A stretch of 64,000 nucleotides of DNA from a virus. Each line of letters opens with the position of its first letter. The first letter of the stretch is position 1. This document shows positions 11,977 through 23,475 of the stretch, piece by piece. The stretch is from IMG/VR virus record IMGVR_UViG_3300028864_000019, positions 47,870 through 111,869 of that record; one strand, written 5' to 3'. The notes under the pieces are model-generated. The model was not told the DNA's origin and did not search any database. It worked only from the letters and a program-made list of their open reading frames with translations. Made by a program: the position numbers and the translations under genes.

Positions 11977-13197
11977 TTACATTTCATCAATGAACTTTTT
12001 AGTTCTTTCAATTCCTGCATTGTAATCTGCTTCTGAATTGTAAACTTCTGCTATGAAATCACCCTCGCAATAAGTCAATATTGTTTTTAATTCATTGTTA
12101 TATATATTCATTTGGTAATATTCAATATATAAATCCCTATAGCCCTTGTTTTGATAAAGTTCATACAATATACCTTTATCTATTGATCCTCTGTAAATCG
12201 TTCTAGTAGCTTCTATTGTTTCATTATCTGCATAGATATTAATTACCTTTTTAAGTTCCTCATTATCTGTATTTATTTTAAATGGTAATATTTCATAGTT
12301 ATCTAACATCTCATCATATTTGTTATGAGTAACTTTGTTTTTGTTTTCTTGTTTGTCTGCTGATACTTCTAAATTATTTAATGTATAGCCTTTATATAAA
12401 TTCCATTGGAATAGTTCGCCTGCTCCAATACTATTAATTTCTATATCGTGTTTATGATGTCCACTTATTCCAATTGTTACAACTATTTTATTATCTTTAT
12501 ATATTAATACTTCTTGTAGGTTGATCCAATATTTATCACAACTTAAAACATACTCTTGAATTTCTTGAGGTAGTTCGTTCCAGTTTGTAATATATACAGT
12601 TTTTAAAGTTTCAATATTATTAAAATCGTTAGCATTTGGACAAATTTGTTTTTCTATCATTTCATCTAATAAACTATAGTAATATTTTAAATGATTTGCA
12701 ATTCCTTTTAATTCTATTTCGTTTTGTTCATTTTCAAAATTATATTCTTCAATAGTCTTATATATTTTATCTATAAAAGTGCTAACAACTTCAAATGATT
12801 CTTTTTGAGTTTCTAAAGATTCAGTATTGATTGATAAAATTACCTTTGAAGATTCTTTTTTTAATTCTTCTAATACTGAAGGTTCAACTTCTACAATTTC
12901 TTGAACTACTTCAACTGGATTAAGTTCTTTTACTGCTATTATAGTGTCGTTTCTTATAGTTCTTGTATCTTCTTGCATTTCAGAAATCCATTTACCATCT
13001 TCAAGTCTTGCATGTTCATTGATATATTCACAAGTAACTATTACACTTTTACCAGTTTTATTAGATTCAATTCTTATTATTTTTTCAGTTGATCCAAAAT
13101 TAAAAACTCTTTCATCTCCAACCTTTAAGTTAATAGCTTTGATTCCTTCAACTATTCCAATTCCTTGTAGTCTTAAAATTCCTTCAAATTCTCTCAT
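11977..13197 (-). CDS. hypothetical early protein
   Basis: 406 aa ORF, AGGAG RBS, consensus sigmaA promoter upstream. Confidence 0.7.
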   Translation of the reverse strand: MREFEGILRLQGIGIVEGIKAINLKVGDERVFNFGSTEKIIRIESNKTGKSVIVTCEYINEHARLEDGKWISEMQEDTRTIRNDTIIAVKELNPVEVVQEIVEVEPSVLEELKKESSKVILSINTESLETQKESFEVVSTFIDKIYKTIEEYNFENEQNEIELKGIANHLKYYYSLLDEMIEKQICPNANDFNNIETLKTVYITNWNELPQEIQEYVLSCDKYWINLQEVLIYKDNKIVVTIGISGHHKHDIEINSIGAGELFQWNLYKGYTLNNLEVSADKQENKNKVTHNKYDEMLDNYEILPFKINTDNEELKKVINIYADNETIEATRTIYRGSIDKGILYELYQNKGYRDLYIEYYQMNIYNNELKTILTYCEGDFIAEVYNSEADYNAGIERTKKFIDEM

Positions 13198-13320
13198 TTT
13201 GATCTCCTTATATGCTTTTCAGGATTAAGCATAACCATATATTTTTTACTTTTAATATTAATTTGTTTTATTCCTATGTAAGTTACAAGTTGTAACTTGT
13301 TTCTGTTCTCTATATATACT

Positions 13321-13349
13321 ATTATACGCTCGTGTTTAGATAATGTCAA
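13321..13349 (-). promoter_or_regulatory. consensus sigmaA promoter TTGACA-N17-TATAAT
   Basis: Reverse strand reads ttgaca ttatctaaacacgagcg tataat. Confidence 0.85.
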
Positions 13350-13687
13350 CAAATTAATGTAGAAACAACTGATATTTTTTAATTATTTTTAGGCAATAAA
13401 AAGAAGCTTTTTCAAGCTCCAGTTATTTATATTATAGTCAGATAATATTTTAATAAATTTTATCTCTTAAATACTCTCTTATGCTTCCAAATGCTCTAGT
13501 TTTCAAGGGTATAATTAGAATAAAATGGATATTTTAAAGATATATGTAAAGCTCATATGGACGTTTTAAGATTATATATTTTTATATGTGTTATTCGTTG
13601 CTGAATTGATTTAATGTTGATCTGGTGGTTTGTATGATGTTTAGTTTATTAATTTTAGACATTAAAAAAGAAGGTCTTTTAACCTCC

Positions 13688-14077
13688 TTAATTATTAAAC
13701 CATTCTATTAATTCATTTTCGTTATTACACTCGAACAATAATTCATCAAAATTATTGTCCCACCCATAAACCACAAATTTAAAATTATCTGCATCATCTA
13801 TATTAATTGAATATATAAGTTGACCATCTGCACCTGAAATATTGAGTTCATCGTAAGCTCTGTGATTTTTAAACCAAATATGCATATCTTGTGAGTCAAA
13901 TTTTGAATCTTTAATATTTTTAATTATATTCCCCATGTAAATTGTTTTATCCCTTAATTGTCCATCTTTACAGTTCCAATCAAACCAGCCTGCATCAATT
14001 TGTGTATCTATTTTCTTTTTATTAAAATCTCCATTGTTAAATTTTTCAATCCATTGATTCATGTTTATTTTTATCAT
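13688..14077 (-). CDS. hypothetical protein
   Basis: 129 aa ORF with GWFDW motif and RBS. Confidence 0.6.
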   Translation of the reverse strand: MIKINMNQWIEKFNNGDFNKKKIDTQIDAGWFDWNCKDGQLRDKTIYMGNIIKNIKDSKFDSQDMHIWFKNHRAYDELNISGADGQLIYSINIDDADNFKFVVYGWDNNFDELLFECNNENELIEWFNN

Positions 14078-14953
14078 TATTAATTTACTCCTTTATATCT
14101 TAGTTGTTTTGCTTCTTTAATATATTATATGATTTATGCACCTAAAAGATTCCTATTTAAATTAAATATATTAATTTATTTCTGACTACTTAAAAGTTGA
14201 AATTTATTAGCTGACAAACTAAAAAGAAGCCTTTCAGCTTCTTAATTAATTTATACATATTGTTTTTAATGGTCTTGGTGCTACCATATCATCACTCATA
14301 AGTGATAAACTAAAATGTTTTGAAAAACGTTGGCTATTTTTGAAATTGTTATACATCTTTTTAGCTTCTGCAATAGTTGAACATTCAATATTGAATGATT
14401 GTACTTGATCAAAATTTCTTCCCCTTCTGCAAGATATTGAGAATGTTGATATTTTATTCATTTTAAAAACTCCTTTGATATATACCTTAACCGCCTTGTA
14501 GGTCGGTGGTGTTTTTTGTAAGTGACCACTTTTTCAAGTGGTTTCGTATCAATTTTCAGATACTCTTCAGACTTACTTATTTTACTCTGTTTATATATTC
14601 CATTCGTTTGATACTATTTAAACTGCTCCAACTTGGATAAATTCCTAAACTTTCACATTCTGCATAATATAAATCAATTGCTTTTTCTCTTATTTCTAAA
14701 GTTATCATTTTAAAATCTCCTTAATATTTGCCTTAACCACTATTTCTAGTTGGTGGTTTTTAATTTGCTTTATCTTTATAATTTATTATATGCTTATTAG
14801 ATTATAATTACCACAACTTTTTAATAGATTAATGTATAAACCATTCGACAAATTGCGATAAAACTGAGTTTTTATTTGGATATTGATTATTTATTTCAAT
14901 TAAAATAGGAATAAAAAGAAAAGGATATATAAAAATATACCCTCAATACCTTT

Positions 14954-15166
14954 TTAACTAACTTGATTTTTAAATGCAAAATATAATGATTTACTTTTAA
15001 AATATTTGTGACAATCAAACTTAGTATATACTTTCCAATTCCCCTTAATACATGCTATTTGTTTGTCTGTTGGCTTGTCTTTCTTCCATTTAGCATTCTT
15101 ATCTATAAAACTACTTCCATATGTATAAGCCATATTATCAACATTATCTACTAACAATATTCCCAT
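14954..15166 (-). pseudogene. possible C-terminal remnant of an SF2 helicase-like gene behind the GIY-YIG gene
   Basis: AKWKKDKPTDKQI resembles the W-x3-P-x-T/S-x-KQ tail of Irc3-like helicases; overlaps the GIY-YIG stop; no clear RBS. Confidence 0.3.
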
Positions 15167-16212
15167 ACTAAAAGAGTTCCATCTTCTAAACTACCACATG
15201 ATTTTTGATGACTTAAACAACATTGACTTATACCACTTCTATCACAATTATAAAACTCTGAGGCTTCTCCTATACTGTTAAATTCTTTATTAGTTGTAAT
15301 ACATTTTACTTTCTTTTTTCTTTTTATACTTTGTAATTCAAGTGCCTTTTCTTTTGAATTCGCTTCATATATTTTTAAGTTTATATCAGCTTGTGTCATT
15401 TTTATAAAATCACTATATCTCACCCAAATACAAGGTTTATTATTCAGCATTCCTGCATATCTTTGTTTATTATCACAACATTTTAATATTGTACCTATAC
15501 TTATATTTTTTATATCTTTTTCATTATTAATTATATCTGATGGTCTATCATATATAATTTTTGTTTCAATATTTACAATTCTTTTATCATTAATTGAACA
15601 TTCCAATTCATATATTTTATCTTTTATCTTTTCAATATCTTCATTAGTTAATTTAGAATATTCTGATTCGTATATAAAATACATTTTTATACCTTTACCT
15701 TGTACTATATAAGCATTATTCATTGCCTTATATATACTCTTATAACTAGTATTGTAATATATTTTTGCAGTCTCTATAAGTTCAAAATGCTTATTATCTA
15801 TCACATTAACTATTTGTTTTGCATTGGGATTTTTATTTCCATCAAATACTCCTTGTTTCAATTCTGACATTCTTTTTCTAGTTTCTTCATTTTGTACACC
15901 GTTATGTCCACCATCATCATTATTATAACCATATAATCTATTATTGCTCTTATATAATACTATGTAGGATTTTTCTTTAATATCTAATTCATCTTTACTA
16001 AAAGCATAATCAATAATATCTAATTTAAAATTATCTACTCCATATTTTTTAGCAGAATCCTTTAAATGCTTATTCTTTGAATATATCCACCATTCTCCTG
16101 CTGGATATCTCCTATTAAACTTATTTTTAGTTTGTCCAATATAAACTTTTTTATTAATTTGGTTTGTAATTCTATATATGATACCATATATTTTTAAATT
16201 ACCTATTTTCAT
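15151..16212 (-). CDS. GIY-YIG homing endonuclease with NUMOD-type DNA-binding repeats
   Basis: YGIIYRITNQINKKVYIGQT...R, E, GYN motifs; ETRKRMSE; KKVKCITTNKEFNSIGEAS. Confidence 0.9.
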   Translation of the reverse strand: MKIGNLKIYGIIYRITNQINKKVYIGQTKNKFNRRYPAGEWWIYSKNKHLKDSAKKYGVDNFKLDIIDYAFSKDELDIKEKSYIVLYKSNNRLYGYNNDDGGHNGVQNEETRKRMSELKQGVFDGNKNPNAKQIVNVIDNKHFELIETAKIYYNTSYKSIYKAMNNAYIVQGKGIKMYFIYESEYSKLTNEDIEKIKDKIYELECSINDKRIVNIETKIIYDRPSDIINNEKDIKNISIGTILKCCDNKQRYAGMLNNKPCIWVRYSDFIKMTQADINLKIYEANSKEKALELQSIKRKKKVKCITTNKEFNSIGEASEFYNCDRSGISQCCLSHQKSCGSLEDGTLLVWEYC

Positions 16213-16320
16213 GATGCATCAACCTTCCTTTTTTAATTTATTATCAACCTATTTAATATATAAGGGAAAACGTAGGTTGAAACGTCTTTCATTCAATTGA
16301 TCAGATTGAACTATCCCTCT
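16213..16320 (-). ncRNA. structured 5' leader RNA, copy A
   Basis: GGGA..TCCC outer stem; TTCAAT-CTGATCA-ATTGAA hairpin; second hairpin loop TTCAACCT complementary to two downstream AGGTTGA sites; homologous to 26758-26868. Confidence 0.7.
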
Positions 16321-16401
16321 TATATAATACAACATAGCTTTCTATTTTGGGTACTTTTTTATAATTTTTTAATTTATTTTTACTTGAAAACGTCAATCTA
16401 T

Positions 16402-16510
16402 TAGATACTAATAAATGAAAGTTTCGCTATTTATTAGTATCTATAAATTTGACTGTTTGTTTTTATAGATACTAATAAATCAAAGTCTTACCATAGCGTC
16501 AATACTAATA
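16402..16510. repeat. TAGATACTAATAAAT repeats (direct at 16402 and 16466, inverted at 16429)
   Basis: Exact 15-mers read directly; partial copy at 16501. Confidence 0.85.
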
Positions 16511-16611
16511 CGCCAGTATAGTGTAGTAATATAACTAAATAACAATATAATCCATCAGTAATAAAATCCATAAGAAGATGAATTTACAGTTTCGCTAAAG
16601 CTCAACCCCTG

Positions 16612-17538
16612 CTACGCCTTTTCGTTTGGTTTCTTTTCTTCTTTTTCTTTTGTTAGTTCTTCATATTGTTCTGTTAGTAGCTTTATATTTTCAATATCAA
16701 TTATGTTTGCTTGTCCTTCTTCTTGTCTTTTCTTTAGATATTTTAATTTGTTTGTAATTGACCTTTTTAAGTTACTCTTATCTTTGTTTCTTTGATTTAC
16801 TTTTATAAATCCTTTTTTGATTCTTTCAATATTTAATCTTTGTAATAGTAGATCTTCATTTCCTGTTCTAGTATAAAACATATTGCCATTCTTAATTTGT
16901 CCTTTTGAAGTCTCTTTAAATCCTGCATAATCAAATACAAATATGTTTAAATCTCTAAGTATATTTATGTATTTTAAAGCTGTCTTTTCTGTTATTTCAG
17001 ACATCTCAGCTATTTTAATTATACTTGGAAATCCTAATAAATAATCTTCAGCTTGTACATTGTTATTAAAGGTACTGCATATGTATATGTAAGTTTTGAT
17101 TAATGAATATGTATCAATTTTGTTTTTATTACTATAATTTATTAATAACTCAATTTCACTATCTAGTATCATTGTAAAACCACTATCACCTATTTCATTA
17201 AATAACTCTGCAAAGATTAAGTCATTTTTGTTATAATCAATTATACTTTCTATAGTATCTTTGTCTTTTAAATATATATTATTGTAGTAAACTAATATTT
17301 CATCATTATAAAATGTTTGTAATATAGTTCTTATTTCCTTTTTGCCATATGTATTATTAGATTTTATTTGTAAAGATTTATATAACCATTCTAAATTAAA
17401 AATGCATGTGTCCTTTGAGTTCCTAGACATATATAATAATGTTAAAACCGTTAATTCTTTAGGATCAAGCTCCTTATCATCTTTAATTAAATTATTAGGT
17501 ATTCTTGTAAATTTTCCTTGTAGTTGTCTTTCTTCCAT
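16612..17538 (-). CDS. winged-HTH replication-initiator-like protein (paralog of 32893..33870)
   Basis: FTRIPN N-terminus; GFPSIIKIAEMSEITEKTALKYINILRDL HTH. Confidence 0.55.
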   Translation of the reverse strand: MEERQLQGKFTRIPNNLIKDDKELDPKELTVLTLLYMSRNSKDTCIFNLEWLYKSLQIKSNNTYGKKEIRTILQTFYNDEILVYYNNIYLKDKDTIESIIDYNKNDLIFAELFNEIGDSGFTMILDSEIELLINYSNKNKIDTYSLIKTYIYICSTFNNNVQAEDYLLGFPSIIKIAEMSEITEKTALKYINILRDLNIFVFDYAGFKETSKGQIKNGNMFYTRTGNEDLLLQRLNIERIKKGFIKVNQRNKDKSNLKRSITNKLKYLKKRQEEGQANIIDIENIKLLTEQYEELTKEKEEKKPNEKA

Positions 17539-17584
17539 ATATTTTTATATCTCCTTTTGCTTTTTGATTATTTGATTTATGTAA

Positions 17585-17782
17585 TTATTTTTCTAATCCT
17601 TTATATTGACTCATGGCTTCAGTAAGTTCTGGCGTATTTTTGAATAACCATACAACTTTTTTAGGTTCGAATATATTGGGTAAAGTATCAACTATTTCAA
17701 AACCCTTATCAGTTAAAAATTTAGTCATTGCTATAGTTCTAATTACATAATTCTCTTTATTGTTATTATTTACTTTATTCAT
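17585..17782 (-). CDS. small DUF5659-like protein
   Basis: FLTDKGFEI...KKVVWLFKNTPEL pattern. Confidence 0.55.
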   Translation of the reverse strand: MNKVNNNNKENYVIRTIAMTKFLTDKGFEIVDTLPNIFEPKKVVWLFKNTPELTEAMSQYKGLEK

Positions 17783-18099
17783 AATACTTCATTCCTTCTT
17801 TTATATATTCTTTATCCTCTCTTATTCTGTATTAATTTATCATTCATTCAGCATCTTATCAGCAACCTTTCAATGTTATTTATACTTATCATATATAATA
17901 CAAAAGTTTTCTGTGATTTGGGTACTTTTTATATATTAATTTATTGAGTTACTATCATTTGTTTATAGATTACTTAAAAAGTAGTCACTTCTCCCTTCAA
18001 CTTTTATTGTACTACTAAAGGATTATATTGTCAAGCTTGCTTTAATTTGTTATATATTATTATAAAGCTAAATAAAAAGACCAACTATAAAAGCTGATC

Positions 18100-18822
18100 T
18101 TAATTATATAGATTTTGATTTATAGATACATGAGAATGAAGTATACCTTCTTGACCATAATTACTTATAGAACCTTTTGCAATTACTTCAGTTTCAAAAG
18201 TATTTGTTCCATCATTATATTCATTACCTTGTTTTGCCATCTCATAATGTACAAGTTCATGAATTAAAACTTTTTCCGCTTTAATTTGATTTAAGTTACC
18301 TGATAAATCTGAATCTATAATAATTTGTATTGGTTTATTGTCTATTGTAAAAGTTGTTAATCCATTTATTTTCATATTAGAATCTGAGCTATTATATACC
18401 TTATTGAATACAATTGGAATGTTTAAAGTATCATTATAATTATCTTTTAGGAATTGTTGAGCGTATTGTGTTAATTCTGCGTCAGTTTGTAAGCTATTAG
18501 TATATGTAGTTCCGTCTGTTCCTAAGTTATATAGTTCTCTAAAATTTATAGCTGATCGCATTTGAATGATTTCATTATCTTTTAGTGTGATTGTAGCTTT
18601 ATCATTTACTTGCCATCCGTCAGAACCTTCTTCATTTTCCATTAGATAAGTTTTATTATTGTCTGATTGGATTGTTACTGTTGAGTCTGTTACGCTTGTT
18701 ATAGTTGCATTATGATTCTCTATTGTAGTTGCTTGGACTAATTGAGTTGGTGATATGATTATTAATAGTGTAATAACTCCTGTAAATATAGTTGCTTTTA
18801 TTAGAGTTGATATTGATTTCAT
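18100..18822 (-). CDS. secreted SprT-like zinc metalloprotease
   Basis: Signal peptide; VLIHELVHY HExxH motif. Confidence 0.65.
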   Translation of the reverse strand: MKSISTLIKATIFTGVITLLIIISPTQLVQATTIENHNATITSVTDSTVTIQSDNNKTYLMENEEGSDGWQVNDKATITLKDNEIIQMRSAINFRELYNLGTDGTTYTNSLQTDAELTQYAQQFLKDNYNDTLNIPIVFNKVYNSSDSNMKINGLTTFTIDNKPIQIIIDSDLSGNLNQIKAEKVLIHELVHYEMAKQGNEYNDGTNTFETEVIAKGSISNYGQEGILHSHVSINQNLYN

Positions 18823-19503
18823 TATGATTACTCCCCTTTATTTATATATTAATTTGTTATATTTATTATTATACTCTCATTATATGCGTTAATCAAATAA
18901 ATTATAAAATAAATATATACATATATAATGAAGAGATTCTTTAAGTGTTGGTTATTAAGTGATCCAATATAGATTGTTAGCATTGTATTATTTATGTTAT
19001 TAGTTCCATTACAAGGTAGTATATAAGGATTATATGAGGTTCTATTGATTAAGTTATACAATTGTACTGTTATCTAGTTAATTGTTATATAGCCTTTATA
19101 TATGTACATCTTATTAATGTTATTAGTACAATTGGATCTGCTTTATAATGTATACTATTGTTATTGGTATAATAGTATTGTTTGTAATAAGTTATAATAA
19201 AGTTGTGCTTCATATTGACGTTGTATGAGGTCTTAGAGTTGTTAGTAATGTAATTGGTTGTCTTGATAGCTAAGTGTTGTATAAGGTTGTTAAGTTAGTT
19301 ATAATAGATTTGTTATATTGTAGTGTTATTGTATCATTTATTACTGGTATTAGTGTATTGAGTTCATATAGTGTTTGATTATAATTATATGTTAGTGTTT
19401 GCTTTTATTATGATATACTATATAAATATATGTGTTATACTAATTATGTATTGTGATATACTATATAGAAGAGTATTTATATTGTACTATTGTGTTAATA
19501 CAA

Positions 19504-19696
19504 TGTGTATAAGTCTATCTATATTGTGGATAACTATTTTAATTTGTTATACTTATATTGTATTGGCATTATCGGTTACCTGTTATTATGCTTAATTATG
19601 TGCTATTATAAAGGTTATTTGTATAATGTTAGTTATATTGGTTGTGGATAAGTCTGTTGATAACTTGTTCTTTATATGTTGATAACCTGTGTATAA
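19504..19696 (-). promoter_or_regulatory. cluster of six co-oriented DnaA-type boxes
   Basis: Plus-strand TGTGGATAA at 19525 and 19643 (perfect TTATCCACA), TGTGTATAA at 19504 and 19688, TGTTGATAA at 19655 and 19677. Confidence 0.7.
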
Positions 19697-21027
19697 GTTT
19701 AGTTAGTATAATATTGATTATAAGTGTTGCAATCATCGACAACATTTGTCCACGATTATTCAAGTCAACTTCAAAACAATCAATCGTATTTTTAAATTGT
19801 ATTCAATCAAACTGTCTCTTACTATCTATTCAGCTTATACTGGTCAAGTGATCCAATGTCACCTATTTAAGTTAAGATAAAAGCAACATTTTAACAATAG
19901 ATGATATAAGTTATCAATTAAATAGTGTTCGTATCTGTTCAAATTATTCAACTAAATATGTATTTAATGGAATTGTTGTTGAAGTGTTGGTATGACTTGT
20001 CTGTAGGGTTTTATGTTGTGAATTAGTGGTTATTTAATGTGGTTGATAATGGTTATTAATGTTTGGTTATTTGTTTTAATACATAGTATTCCTATAGGGG
20101 CGGTGCATTTACATTGTTATGTTCATTATCTGAACGCAATAGTCGGACATCACATATATCGGCATACCAACTTTGGAGTGTAGCGATTGGTAAAACACGA
20201 ACGTTAATCAAAATGTGTATCGGTTGTGCTTTCGTTCAGCCTTGTTATACCAATACTTTAACTTATTTTTAAGTCATATATTTTACCATATTTACTACCC
20301 AATAACCCTCAAACCCACTAATACCAACCACTCACACGAACTCCACTCTATAACAGTTATATAGCACACATCGTAAAATAAATTCAAACAACCTCAACCT
20401 GTTACTATCACTACTCTAACACCAATTATTCACACCCTATTAAAACCCCGTCACGACAACTCCCTATCGTTAATTAAAATTCAAAAGATAATTAAAAAAC
20501 AATTCAAAATAAAAAAGAGCCTACAGAAAAATATTCTGCAAACTCAATTTGCTAATTATTTAATTATTAATATAAACTCAAAATATCAAAATCAACTACA
20601 ACCACTCTCTCACAAATTCTAAACCCTATCTACACTTATACCTAAAATAATCTATACCCTACTTACAATCCATCTCTAAGCTTGTCTAAATTACAAATCT
20701 ATAAAAATAAATATACCAATCAAATAATTAATTCAGCAAACAAAAAAGAGACTGCTCTAAATTAATTAAAATTCAAAACAGTCCCAATTGGAATAGAATG
20801 TTTACACAACTACATTATATCATTTTGTCTATATCTTAACAACATCCTATATAGGATAAGGGAGGGGGTATATTTTTAAATCCAGAATCTAAGTACCTAA
20901 TATATAATACCCTACCCTATATAAAATTGGACATAAAAATAAGACCATACTAATTAAATATGATCTCAACTTAAATACTAAAAGCCAATACATTATTACT
21001 CCTACTATATAATCTACCAACCAATAA

Positions 21028-21333
21028 TCAAATCCTAGCAATTTCAATATAACTTTTCATTAACTCCTTAACATCAGTATCACTAAGCCTATTTACAATA
21101 TCAACTGTAATATCATTGAATTGGTTTACCTCATTACTCATAAAAATTAAAACCAATACTTGTACTAAAAACATTAATTCTAATCCAACTATACCAATTA
21201 GATTCTTATTTGTTATTATCTTAATTAAACTATTATTCATTTTATTGCTATGTTCTTTTCTTATTTCCTTTAATGTAATTTCACCTGATTTATATTTATT
21301 GTATTGGGCTATTGTCATTGTTGTTGTTTTCAT
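21028..21333 (-). CDS. hypothetical membrane protein
   Basis: One TM segment; GGAG RBS. Confidence 0.55.
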   Translation of the reverse strand: MKTTTMTIAQYNKYKSGEITLKEIRKEHSNKMNNSLIKIITNKNLIGIVGLELMFLVQVLVLIFMSNEVNQFNDITVDIVNRLSDTDVKELMKSYIEIARI

Positions 21334-21842
21334 ATTAATATTCTCTCCATTACTTTATTATAGTATATACTATGAGTCAAACTTTTAATTTGTGCTATAT
21401 TGTTAAATTAAATTTCTAGTATCTAAATCTCATAATAATATAGTATTAAATAACTTTTAACTTTCGTTTGTAATAAAGTATTCATTACTACTTTCCTTAA
21501 CTAATACTATCTTAGATTTAGTTCTTTCTGTTAATAAAAAATATCCTTCTAAAATGCACACCTTATCATAGATTAATATTTGATACCAGTCTATCTTTTC
21601 CATAAGTAACCTAATAACTTGAACCTTATCATAATTATTAAAATCTTCTATATTTATGTTCTTTAATGTAAATTTAAAATCTCCAATAGTAAATTCAATA
21701 TTTGTATAAAAAGATACACCTTCTTGTATCTCTTCATCTGTCATTTCTTTTATTGATTTAGTTTGTCCTTTCGCCATATATAATACAACTCTTTATATAA
21801 TTAATTACTATATAGTATATGCAATAGTATACTTAAAGTTTC

Positions 21843-22253
21843 TTAAAATAACCTTAACGCCATATCAAAAACACAAATAACTAATAATACCCATCCAACA
21901 ATCTCAATTGCTTTATCAAAGATTCCACCTGTTAAGAATAATCTCAATCCATATCTCTTATTTTTTAATGGCATAAATAATGGTATTCCACTTCTAGTCA
22001 TGCTATCCAATACTAAATGACTTGAATAGGACACAAACCAAATTAAGGCAATTTCTTTGCTAAATATATTTATAATTAATGTTGTAAATAACAAAAATAT
22101 CAAACTATGTGTAAATGTTCTATGGAATGTCATACCAAGTTTACAATCCAAATCTGGAGCAATTGAACCAAAAATTCCCAATAACCCTAATGGACTTGCC
22201 AGCATGGGAATACTTACCAATGTACCTATAACTAAATGTGTTTTCTTTGTCAT
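21843..22253 (-). CDS. YdjM-like membrane metal-dependent hydrolase
   Basis: TH, PDLD, HRTFTHS, SHLVLDSMT..G.PLF.P motifs. Confidence 0.85.
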   Translation of the reverse strand: MTKKTHLVIGTLVSIPMLASPLGLLGIFGSIAPDLDCKLGMTFHRTFTHSLIFLLFTTLIINIFSKEIALIWFVSYSSHLVLDSMTRSGIPLFMPLKNKRYGLRLFLTGGIFDKAIEIVGWVLLVICVFDMALRLF

Positions 22254-22743
22254 CGTAAAATCACGCTCCTTTTGTCGCTACGCAAGCCATGCCACTCCTA
22301 CCCTTCCTATCGCTTAGGCTTTTTATTAGGTTAAATAGGGCTTTATACTTGTACTATTTGTCTAGTTATACTTTATGTCCTATAGTCTATATTTCCGTAT
22401 CTATCGTATTACTGTACCTTATATCGTAGTTTACTATATAAAGCTTATTGTATTATTTCTTATCTTCTATATAGTATTCTCTATTTTACTTAAAACTATA
22501 CTATGTATTTAAATTTAAACGCAAAAAATAAGACCATAACTTAATATGATCTTAATAATTTAAGTATTATATAATTTAAAATAGTACCTGACTAAACAAC
22601 AATGCATAGTATTATAATTAATATTGTAAATAATAAATGTGCTATTGTTTACATATCTAGTTTTCTTTCTATTTTATAGATTACAAGCATCATAAATTAC
22701 TTTTTTAAGTTTATACGTATAATTTTCCTATCTCTTAAAACTA

Positions 22744-22968
22744 TTAACTTGCAAAACTAGCTAACCATTTTATAAAACTACCAACCCAACCTTCACTTAT
22801 ACTGAAGCTAACACTATTTAACCATGTAAAAAGGTATATTCCTGTTCCAACCCAACCACATAACACCATTAATTCTCCAAATTCTTTTTTACCCATACAT
22901 TTAAATATTTTAGATGATATAAAACTAGCTGATCCAACTACTATGACATTTGATATCATATTAAACAT
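22744..22968 (-). CDS. small two-TM protein, SpoIIIAC/AD-like
   Basis: SKIFKCMGKKEFGELMVLCGWV pattern. Confidence 0.45.
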   Translation of the reverse strand: MFNMISNVIVVGSASFISSKIFKCMGKKEFGELMVLCGWVGTGIYLFTWLNSVSFSISEGWVGSFIKWLASFAS

Positions 22969-22976
22969 ATTATCAC

Positions 22977-23183
22977 CTATCCTATATGTGAAATTACTTG
23001 AATTAATTTTACTACTCCAGCAATTGCACTTATAGCTATTTGACTATACCCTGCAATGCTTACATATTGTCCCATTTCTGTTTTCCCTAAATTGTTTAAT
23101 ATTTTTTCTCCTACTATTGAAGCTACTCCTAAAGATGTTAAACCTGCTATTACTACTGCGTTCATATTATATCTCTCCCTCAT
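22977..23183 (-). CDS. small two-TM protein, SpoIIIAC/AD-like
   Basis: EKILNNLGKTEMGQYVSIAG pattern. Confidence 0.5.
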   Translation of the reverse strand: MRERYNMNAVVIAGLTSLGVASIVGEKILNNLGKTEMGQYVSIAGYSQIAISAIAGVVKLIQVISHIG

Positions 23184-23475
23184 TATTATTTATTATTTAA
23201 TACAATTCTATTATTTTTCTGTCATAATCTACCTCATAAGATTCCACACTATATAAATCATAAATTACTTCTTCCATATCTTGTTCAGTGTTTATTTTAA
23301 AATCATTACATTCATTATAATATTCTCTATAGTCTTTTATAAAATTTTTAAAAGCAATTGTTTTCATATTTATTTCACCTCACATGTATATTATCTAAAT
23401 TTAAGGTAATACTATTTATCATAAGGGATACAAGAATTTGAATATCATCAGTTTTCAAATTCTTGTATATGAACA

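Noticed and set aside
18849-19851. ORFs 18849..19061, 19371..19595 and 19642..19851
   Set aside because: Low-complexity I/Y/L/C-rich translations of skewed non-coding DNA with no RBS.
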